Origin: Octopus vulgaris
Lineage: Eukaryota
Direction: 5' to 3'
Assembly (NCBI GenBank): GCA_951406725.2
Contig: OX597822.1
Span: 50,406,001-50,470,000, forward strand
Length of the DNA stretch: 64,000 nucleotides
Shown: in pieces, positions 53,468 through 64,000 of the stretch
How the letters are laid out: every line of letters begins with the position of its first letter
Numbering within the stretch: the stretch's first letter is position 1
The notes under the pieces: generated by a model
What the model saw: the letters and a program-made list of their open reading frames with translations, nothing else
What the model was told of the DNA's origin: nothing
The model's database searches: none
Translations under genes and position numbers: made by a program

Positions 53468-54043
53468 CACACATACACAAGCATAATGAGTTCTGTATCA
53501 TAAAGTGGAAAGTGATATCTGGCATCTAATCTAATATCTTCGAATTAATGTATAGAACTGTCTAAAGTATCTATTTATTCTCAACACGTCACATATTAAA
53601 GCGCGAATATCTATCGGGTGTTTTTTGTTCGTGGTTCATCAGTGTAGAGAGACTTTAAAACAATAAGTGTTTCAAATATTATTACTTTTCTCCTCAGTCA
53701 AAGCTACGCTACAACGCTGTATCATCTGACAAGAACACAGGTTCCTTTTTATAGAAATCAGTAGGCAAATTATTTGCTGATGCCTGTTGGTGTCTCCTAG
53801 GTAAATAATAACTTATGCGATAGAGGCAAAAACACGAGAATCTAAGCAGTGACGTATCTGCTCATTCTCAATATATTCTGGTAGGTTCGAAAGTCAATAT
53901 TTGGTAATTGTTGCTTTTCAGCATAGGCAACATCTCTAGGTGGACGAACATCCCCTTTCACGCTATTCACTTTTGTAAATGAATTTTGAAATACTGCGTC
54001 GCTTTAGCATATTTACGTCGTCTCAGTTTTTGTGTACTTGTAT

Positions 54044-54453
54044 ACTCTTTTACTTGTTTCAGTCATTTGACTGCGGCCATGCTGGAGCACCGCCTTTAGT
54101 CGAGCAAATCGACCCCGGGACTTATTCTTTGTAAGTCCAGTACTTATTCTATCAGTCTCTTTTGTCAAACCGCTAAGTGACGCGGACGTAAACACACCAG
54201 CATCGGTTGTCAAGCAATGCTAGGGGGACAAACACAGACACACAAACACATACACACACATACATATATACATATATATATATACATATATACGACGGGT
54301 TTTCAGTTTCCGTCTACCAAATCCACTCGCAAGGCATTGGTCGACATAGGGCTATAGCAGAAGACACTTGCCCAAGATGCCACGAAGTGGGACTGAACCC
54401 GGAACCATGTGGCTAGTTAGCAAGCTACTTAACACACATCCACTCTTGCGCCT
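54044..54453 (-). mobile_element. Full-length tRNA-derived SINE
   Basis: Minus strand AGGCGCAAGAGTGGATGTGTGTTAAG...GGTTCCGGGTTCAGTCCCAC...GGCATCTTGGGCAAGTGTCTTC...GGCGGTGCTCCAGCATGGCCGCAGTCAAATGACTGAAACAAGTAAAAGAG. Confidence 0.93.
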
Positions 54454-55560
54454 ATTATATAAATATTTCTAAACACTTCATGTTTGGATACCACTGTATG
54501 AATGTAGGGATATGTTAACTAACATTCTAAAGTGTTAACTCCCATAATTTCCTTTCCTGTAATGATTTAACGCTGACGTCGATAAAATATTCAGTCACTT
54601 GATTTGTACCTTTGAAGATTTAGATGAACATCGTAGTCAGGTTAAGGAACTGATTTAACTGAAGAGTTACAGTGCTGTAGACCAAAAGTACTATAAGCAG
54701 AATGGAGGTTATCATGTAGATATATTTTCAGAAACAGTTGATTTAACAAATACAAGGAATTGGAAACAAGATCGGCCATCAGCCTTAATTCAACCATCGT
54801 ACAATTTTAGATATCACTTTATGCATATTGCAAAGAAAACCGAATGAAAATCGAATTAATATTAAGATCAACTTTACACTTGCCAATACAATGTACGAAG
54901 CTGAGTAAGCAATATTAATTGGGAAATAAGGATTATAATCGTATTAAAATAAATATTGGTGCTATCAACATACGTAATAAAGCCTAATGAAGGCTCCACA
55001 GATAAGCTAAAATTATAGTCTCTAATATTCATCAGCAAATAAGCATTAGATTTTCACATATACATCAACATTAGCAATACTGATACTAATATTTTATTAT
55101 AAAGTAGCAAATATTTTAGTTGTTGTTAATGGTGCAATTTACTCTAATGATTCATAAAAATGGAATTTCAAGAGAAATCACAAAATGCTTAATAATATAT
55201 TCTTTAGAATCTCAAACTGCGCAACAACAAAAATACCCTAAAATATTTTGTGATTAAAAATATTCCTTAGAGCTGATTGAAAAACGTTATCTCTACTGCA
55301 CCAAATTGCCAAAATGTAATTAATGAAAACAATTAAATTAGGTATATTAAGCAGAACGTCAAAGTTAGAGTTCTCTATATTGGTTGAACAGCTAAGTTAA
55401 AGGATTTCCTCACTCGATTCTGTTAAACGCTGACCATAATATCGTTAGACACAAACACAGCCACCATCAATTCCTCTTTCTTCCTTTGTCTCACTTCATA
55501 TATATATATATGTATAGATATAAATCAAATACAATCACGCCCATGAACATGCTCACACAC

Positions 55561-55601
<41 letters not shown>

Positions 55602-56118
55602 TATTCTATTTTGTTTTGAGTAATGGTGAACTCGTTTGTAAACTGGAATCAATATACGATTAGGGTTATAACACCCAAAAGTATTTTTCCATTTTATAAA
55701 CTATACGAATCTGGGAACATGTTTGTTATATATTAGTTTGTGTAATGATACTCATTTTCTACCTCTCATTGTGCAACCAATCGAGTAATATAAAATATAT
55801 CTGCCAAACTTACACTGTCGCCTTCCTAGTGCCATGCACAAAAGAAAGCAAATTAGTAGATAAATAGCAGAAATTACATAGTTGTGTTTAAATTACGAAG
55901 CCTGCATTATTACTTATTCAGGAACTCTAGGAAACAAGTCTTTACCCAAAGTCCTCTGCATACAATGTTAGCATTATCCTTTTCCTGGATTCACTTAGTG
56001 GAAAAATCGCATTCCAGTATTTCGATATTCCGTTTACGATATTCTGATACCGGTAATCACGTGTGCAATGCATTTTTACAATTTTAAAAACATATTAAAG
56101 AATTGATTAATTAATATA

Positions 56119-56334
56119 TAGTAATCCCTTGACTATCGCGGGTGTTAGGTTCGAAAACCCTCCGCGATAGGTGAAACAATAGACACAGAACTATATACAT
56201 TTTATTATTTTTGTAATTAATATACATATATATTTGTATGTTATTATAAATTCAAAACAACACCACGTAGGAATCGACGGAAGCTTAAATAATAAACCGC
56301 GATAGGTGAAACGCAATATGACGAGAGACTAGTG
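56119..56334. mobile_element. Tigger/pogo-like MITE
   Basis: Imperfect TIRs TAGTAATCCCTTGACTATCGCG / CGCAATATGACGAGAGACTAGTG with TA flanks; internal direct repeat CCGCGATAGGTGAAAC twice. Confidence 0.6.
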
Positions 56335-56624
56335 TACTCCCTTGTTTACTTTACAACTTAATCTTAAGTAGTGTTTCAATACACAATACCTTTAACATGT
56401 GTACTTCATATGGATTCGTCTAATCATTGAATGCTGCGTAGAAACATAAAATTCAAGATAGGAATGACAATAGTAATTTGTGTATATGTAAAAATAATAA
56501 GACTTAATGCTGCGATTAATAACAAAGCTGATCATGTCAACATTCTTCTGTTTAAGAAATCGCTTTGAATGAGCTGCTTGCAGTTAATTGCTCTTTCTAT
56601 CAATAACATACATACATACATACA

Positions 56625-56656
<32 letters not shown>

Positions 56657-57029
56657 CACATGCATACATACATATATATTTACATACATATATACATACA
56701 TATATACATGCAAACTTCTCTGTGATGTTGTTTATACTTTCGGTAAACCCCTTGTCATTCATGTTAAGGAAATCTGAAGGATGTCTCGCTGGTTCACAAG
56801 GAAACTGAAACACCAAAATCACACACTGTTTCTTTATGTCTGACTTGAATCATTATGAAAATAATATGCATGCGATGAAAAAGAGCTTTGCCCTAGTTAC
56901 ACAGATGTAGGATTGGAGTTTGGTCAATATTAATGTTGTTATATGGTTGTGAGAAGTTGAACAACTACATACCAGACAAGCAACGTATCCAACAATGATT
57001 TGATTGCTTCCCTTATATCTGACGAGGAA

Positions 57030-58100
57030 TGGTACAGATGTGGATGAAAATATATCTTACAATGGTACATGTAAGAAAGCACGTATCACTATAGAATATT
57101 AAAGACGAATAAAGAAAATTTGGACCTCAGAACTCTCTGCATTCAATAAAACAGTGGCCCACAATATGTTTTCAGTGCCAGTAATCATATTAATATTTGT
57201 GCTGCTTGATTTGGACGCTTTATCAGATCCAAGCCATTTATGTGAAAACCCTAAAAATACTAAAAAACACACATAATTTGCACATGAATAATGACGTAAG
57301 ACCGCCTCTACCTGAAACGAATATAAGGCGGCAGCGGCTTAACATTGATCCAAAATACTTTCAGCAACATCGTTTAACCACGATGTGTCAAAGTGCATCG
57401 CTTGACCAGGTTTGCATGCATGAGGTTGGTAACATCATAAGACTTAGAAGGCATCTCCTTGAGCAACATTCTTTGTCTGATAACCTGGAATACATGCCCA
57501 AATAAGTTGCACGTCTCTACCGCAACGTATCATCAGATGAGATGATGACCCTACATGAGCCTTGAATCAAGTTTTGAAATCGGCTCTTTCTCTGTGGGCA
57601 AGAAATCTTGAAATAAAACTGAACAATGACATACATACATATTCAGGCATGCATGCATACATATGCAGGCAGGCATGCATGGATAATACATACATGCATA
57701 CGTACGCACGCATATGCATACATACGTACATACCTACGTACATACAGGCAATAAACTGTGGATTATGTCACATTTCTGTGGAAGACAGCAATATCAACGG
57801 TTTCCTAAAGATGTCATCAACGTACTGCCTCTCTATAATCCACAACGTTGTCATAACAGCAATATACAATGTTTTTAAGACAAAAGGCTGTTCTGGAATA
57901 AATGCAGAGTTTACCATGTTATTAGATATATACACAAACATCGATACAAGGAATACAGGTGGGGCATTTCCATGAAGACATCTGTCAAGTGTAAACATAA
58001 CGGACCAGATAGTGTTGTTGAAAATCAAAGAGACAGCGAATAACTATGGACAACTGCTACTAAAATTCCAGCTTCAATATCCAGATTATAAATATGTATA
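57030..58100 (+). mobile_element. Decayed RLE-type LINE fragments interrupted by microsatellite
   Basis: EY*RRIKKIWTSELSAFNKTVAHNMFSVPV (cf. EYYRRVRSILNTELNAKNKIIGINTLAVPV at ~45090); CGLCHISVED; KCKHNGPDSV. Confidence 0.65.
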
Positions 58101-58109
58101 TACATCATG

Positions 58110-58750
58110 CATACAAGGCGATCGCTTCATCTTCATTAATGGTTGTCGTCTCTCTGTACATTTCAAATCTTCTGTCTATGATCTTCCGCATGAACATTTA
58201 TTCCCGTTGCAGATCTATATATTTTGAATCATAGTTGACAGATGAAAGTTGTATCTTCCACTGAAATGATCGCATCGATTTGTGATATAATGTTTCTGTG
58301 AACCGCTATATGTCTCCTCAGATCCGAAATCCACTTGGAAGAACTTTCACACTCTGTACTTGTCGAATTACCAGGCAAAGAATGAAGGACTTTACATACA
58401 GTTGATTTTCCATGGGACTTCAAGCGTTTGACATTCCCAGCCTTAGAAAAGAGTACGAGGCCACTTGTTTCATACCTCCATTATTTTATGCTTTTCGTGC
58501 TTTCATTCAGGATTTGATGACGGCTGTCCGAATTCAGCACTTTACGATTACGTACTTAAGGCTACCATTTTCAAACGTTTTACAACTATCCCTTATACGC
58601 TTCTTCCACTCAGTTCTTCTCAAAGCTTTTTCTTCTCAGTTCTTTACTACATATAATTTTGTGTGTAGTGGCCAATACCCTAAAATTATTTATCTCCTCC
58701 AATTCTGTGTTCTTGCCTGAGAGATTGCATTTCAAATGACCTCCGAATAA
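58110..58750 (-). pseudogene. Decayed RTE-like LINE 3' end with remnants of C-terminal C2H2-like fingers
   Basis: ALRRTEWKKRIRDSCKTFE (cf. RTE A.DR..WR..I..G...FE); CESSSKWISDLRRHIAVH; CQL*FKIYRSATG. Confidence 0.45.
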
Positions 58751-61088
58751 TTTTGGGTGCACTAATGTTTCATTTAGTAACTGACAGCTGCTGCCTTTAA
58801 AAGTGCTATTAGTTGAATATAATTCTGTAGTGGAATGATATATTTTAAGTTAAAATAAACATGAATTACTCTTAAACTAATGAGATATTAGAAAGTTTAT
58901 TTTCATCGTAGCCACCACAGACTTAAAATAAGTCACCCATACCCATAATATGCATAACATGACATATCCACTGTTGTGGATATGTCATACGTGGATACGC
59001 ATGGCCAATGCAAATCACCCAACCATGATAACAAAAACCTTCATTAATAACATTAATACCAATAAAATTAGGTCCGAAGAAGATATTTGAAAAGAAACTG
59101 CTTTATCATTTCTACAGAATACGCAAAAACTTCATAAATTTTGCAGACCCTCGGCTACTGGAAATAATTCTCAACAACAAGCACCTTAGGAATTTTAGAA
59201 GCAATATCAAAATTCCATTTTTAAACAATAACACGTTATTTTTTGTAATTCACGTCACTCCAATGTTATGGATATTTAAAAAGGGTTATTCTTTACGTCT
59301 TCGAATATTTATTAAATATCTGATATAAAAAAAAATACTTTCGACAACAGTCTGTCAGGATGCCTTGCTTTTAGCACTGCATATTCCTTCTCAATTTACC
59401 TCAATACTGATGAATTTGCAGACAATGCGAATCTCTACGAATGGCGCCAGGATGAGAACCAAAATCATAATATATCATCCCTAATCTCCTTACACTTTTC
59501 CTTCTTTCTACATCTTTATTAGAAAGACCGAATAACGAACCGAAATTGAACATAATAGTATTTTGAAGTAATATTCAACAGTTTGAATTTTCAGATATTT
59601 TTTATTAGAATAGATCATATCGGAAGATCTAACTTTTATATGGCTTTTGATTTACTGCAACAGATAATTCTTTACATTAAATTCGGTTAGATCGATGCAT
59701 GGACGGAGAAATTGATTATAATACAATTATAATAAAAAAAACATACAAGCAAATGAAAAAACAAAACAAGCGATAGAGTGAAATAAAGATCTCAACAGGA
59801 TTCTGAATAGATCAATATCACCGTAAACCAATGATAGAAATATAAAAAAAAGAAAAGGCTGTATTTACACTTGGAAAATTTAACTTAAACGTCTGACTTA
59901 AATCATCCGTGAGCATACTCTTGACTGTGTGAAACCTAACACATTCCATGCGTTTGGTATCATTATTGTATACTTTGCTATCGAACGTGACCACACATTG
60001 AAGTTAGAAATTGCTTGTGTAACTGTATTATGCGTAGTTCATAATTTATTTATTAAAAACTATATTTTACACTAGAAATTTATTAAATCAGTGAAAATAA
60101 TTCTGGAAATATAGGCAAATGACTTCCTAATAATTAAAAAAAAATTACTTCTATTTTTCTTTCTCATATTTTTGTTCTATTTTTGCTTTGTTATCGGCAC
60201 AGGTTCTGACGCCTACATGATACGTATTAAATGGCTTTTGCCACAAATGTTAAAACAAAACATACCGTCATTCAATTACTTTTCTTTGTTGTTGACATGT
60301 GTGACCTTCTTATAAAACTCTGTCATATTTGAAAATTAGCAGAACACTCGATTGCACACTTCATTGCTTTAATATTCACATAAAATACTACTGACATTTA
60401 TTCATTTAGCAACAGAATTAGTTATCTCAGTGAGCAGAAGGAAATACGGTGACTTACCGAAACTAGTTTCCTATCAGTTGGATGCCATAGTTTACATCCA
60501 ATCAGCATACATCATTAACCTATTTTCCTTCTAAACGCTCGTACTAAGCAGGTGTGTAAATACATTTTCCGTTCCTACTATATACTGGGCATATGATTTT
60601 GCTTCGAACATGAATAATGGCAACCGGTTTGTGAATCGATCGAAGATTCAGTTCAGCAGAAGCCTACATACTTACACTCGACTGAATTCTATAATTAATC
60701 AGTTTGACCAGGATCAAATGGAAATTCTTCCAGGTGTTCTTGTAATGAATTGGTCCGATCACAATATCATAACGTGTGTTGCAATAATGTATTTGACACC
60801 ACAGAATTGTATAGTAAACTAAAGTTCAACTCAAGAGATATATCTATATTATTGGCTAAATTTATCTTTCTCTCTTGCACTATTCGTATATGTGTTTTTT
60901 TATGCAGAAGCGCTACACTTTCTGCCTCACGTAATTTTATTGTCGCACGTATTTCATACGTTATTCCTATTACATTTCTTTATATGGTGAAAGTTCGTAC
61001 TCCGACAACAAATACTATGTTTTCTTGTCCGTTAAATATTTTCCTTTCATGTGTCCATCTGTTTCTGAATTCGATAAATGAAGTTGTC

Positions 61089-61152
<64 letters not shown>

Positions 61153-61829
61153 ACATTTAACGTTGATTGATATTTTCAGGAAATGTTTCTTTCGCTGTTA
61201 ATGCAGGCGTTAATATTACTGCTCATTTCATTTTAGCTAAGTTCATCGTAATTTGTACGACATGTGATAGTGCGATTGCATGTTGGCTAGGTAACTTCGA
61301 AATTCATGCATCAAATGCTGAACTGAAAACATTGTTGTTTTCAGAAAGTTAATGATACTAACAGTTCACGAGAAGCTACTTACGAAATCAAATGATTCAG
61401 TATAATACAGTTAATAATAATTGCTCACACTAAAAAGGAACGTCATTCTTCCCTTAATAAATCCCATATAACGCGCATTTAATGGTCTACTAACACTCAT
61501 TATGATTTCTAAAATCAGTCAAGAATATATCAATTTATTTGTTACCGATTTTATGAGAGGAAACTAGTCATAGTATTAGTTATTTTAGAAATGTTCTTAT
61601 AAAAGGCTCAATATTGCTTTACATGTTTGATTTGAAAAGTAGCTTGCCTATAGATATATGATAATGCTGGATCTGAAGAAAACATAGTAGTCTCTGGCAT
61701 TCAAATTTGAATTCTACATTCACAATAAACCCAAATGGTACACATGCAACTGAGCGTGGTAAATTAATACTTATGTTTTAGCTCACCAGACCCTATTAAT
61801 ATTTAGGTGTCTGTAGTGTGCATAAGTAT

Positions 61830-63005
61830 TTGTTTGAGAGGTTGAAAACTATCCCTATTTTTAACTGAAATTCTAAGGAATACTTAGGAGTATACAAACA
61901 CACACACACGTGTATATATTGCATTTGTCTTTTAAGATGGTGCGAATAATTTATTGCACAATCAAGATAGGAAAAGAAAAATGGTGTCATCAATCTGAAT
62001 GTTCTTAAGCCGTTTCTATGCAATTTCAATTAATGGAAGCAATATTAAACCAATACCTCGTAGGTACGCAAACAGCTTAATAGGCAATACCGAAGTATTT
62101 AATATCTATGTTTCTGTGAAGGCTGACACAGGATGAATGTATGATTGTCACGATACCCTAAAACTATAGCTTATTTTTGTACTCAAATTAATGATTTACA
62201 TAGAATTTGAGGAATAACTGTCTTTTTTTCTTGTTTTTGCATTTCGATTCTAATAGATTTTAAGGAAATTAACAGCAAAGCAGGGAATGTGCAAATATTT
62301 TGTAGCTCGGCAGCAAATAATAAATTAAGGTACAGCGAAAATAATTTATTAGATAAATTAATCAGGTACCTATGTCATCAACATACCGATCTGTGTTGCT
62401 ACAGAGAGAAGCTGGTTTTATTTTCAGATTTATTACTGACAAAATCACATGCAGGTTATCATGAGTTCTTTGCGAAATATACCTACAAGATTTCGTGTGT
62501 CATTTGTTATTACTTTAATTAAAAACCACTGATGAATACGTGATATTTACGGCTATCTATTATGTTTAGTTTATGATGTCAGAAGTAGACGTTGGGTCTA
62601 TTATAGGTGATATAAACTATAGCCGTGAGATCTTTCATTCTTTATATAGTTATTTTAGGAAGACGGCCCCTTTAATTGTCAGTAGTGAGCATAAATGTTT
62701 GTTAGGAAGATTGAAAATATATCCCTATTTTTAAATAACATTCTACTAAATAATTATGACGCAGTGTATGTGTGTGTATGTGTTCACCAATACATACGTA
62801 CATACATATTGCATCTCTCCTTCAAGATGCTGCAAATAATTTATTGCACAATCAAAATAGAAAGAGGCCAGGTGCTGTCAATCAGTACGTATTCTTCTTC
62901 TGGCTTTTTCTATCTATTTCATTTAATGGAAGCAATATTAAGCCAATACCTCGTTGGTATGAAAGCAGTTCTTTTATATGCAATACCGAAGTATTTAATA
63001 TCTAT
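61830..63005. repeat. Diverged ~290-bp direct repeat (61830-62109 and 62697-63005)
   Basis: Shared blocks TATCCCTATTTTTAA, AATAATTTATTGCACAATCAA, TTAATGGAAGCAATATTAA.CCAATACCTCGT.GGTA and GCAATACCGAAGTATTTAATATCTAT. Confidence 0.85.
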
Positions 63006-64000
63006 CGTAGGAAATACTAATTTTTCACCTAAAATGAACATCTATGAATTAATAAAGAATTTCAGTACTTTTGATTTCTAATTAAATTCCATTCATATAT
63101 CATACATAGTGTTTTCAATTGATTTGTGTAGATAGAAACGAATTCTGTCTTTTCATTATTTCTTGTTACAGTATTCAGTATAATCAGTGGTCTTCTAGCA
63201 TAATAGCATAATTAGAAAGAAAGGAATATATAATTACTTCGTGAAATGAAACAATATACTTCAATGAATGAATTATCCATCAGTCCTGAGAATACCATTC
63301 AGTACTTCGGAATTTAGTATATTCTATGTGTAATTTGGTTACTGCAAATAAAGGTCTATTGTACAAAACAGGCGGGAAAATGGATAAATATTTACTAAGA
63401 TTTCTGGATGCTATTGTAAGCACACTCTACACAGTGTAATAAATAATATTACCTATAGGTAGTTGTTTATATCTCATAATTTATATCACTAGTCCCATAA
63501 GGAATTCGTTTAGTGTAATATATTTATTAAGCAATAAATTTGGAGGCGTATTAATGCGTTTCTCCACACAAATATTATAAAATGCATACACACTTATATA
63601 GGTGATAGATGTGTGTATACGTTTGTGTGTGTTAATTTTTACTTTGAATAAATATGTTCATATACAGAGGAAAGGAAGTAAATGTAATAAGTGAAAAACT
63701 GACGTTATGCAGCACAAATACTCCTAAAGTAATGATGGGAAAATGATTCTTTGAAATATTTCCTTTATGAAAACAACAATGTTCAAAAGCCATAAATGTG
63801 TCCATGTATACCATTATTTGTACAACTTAGTGGCATATTCGATGTTAAAAATTTCCGGGGTTTAATTGCACCATTGAAATCAGTAACAATCAATAATAAT
63901 AAAGTTTGTTTATCTTCTGCAATTAAATTATTTCCTGATGTTGAATCATACTTTTAGACAAAGTAAACGATGTTCAATAAACCGGATCTTAGAGCTACTG

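Noticed and set aside
60600-61350. Possible Penelope RT remnant (ETFPENINQR on the minus strand)
   Set aside because: Single short motif only; the surrounding frames are uninformative.

Overview
AT-rich, microsatellite-saturated eukaryotic DNA, intergenic or intronic, with no recognisable host exon. The SINE, LINE and microsatellite repertoire strongly suggests a cephalopod (Octopus-like) genome; this is an inference. Almost all listed ORFs are microsatellite artefacts, and the real coding remnants are all transposon-derived. They are a young Penelope-like element (RT + GIY-YIG, Naiad-type motifs) in an inverted arrangement at 48.0-51.0 kb, nested R4/Dong-type restriction-endonuclease LINEs stacked in (TAA)n arrays (33.6-36.0 kb, 43.5-47.3 kb), and decayed Tx1/L1, RTE, CR1/L2-like, Helitron and mariner pieces. 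tRNA-derived SINEs are also present. The main unexplained signal is a series of non-coding fold-back (inverted-repeat) inserts in (AT)n tracts at about 4-5, 16, 21, 23-24, 24.5-25, 39.5 and 40 kb. By manual folding, five of these sequence-unrelated inserts plus the Penelope terminal repeat carry a type I hammerhead ribozyme fold. Several also share a downstream GCTGYTATTTC-like box, and one is a terminally redundant, highly structured 492-nt monomer that looks like a retrozyme/circular-RNA-derived insertion. All RNA structures were folded by eye and are not computationally validated.
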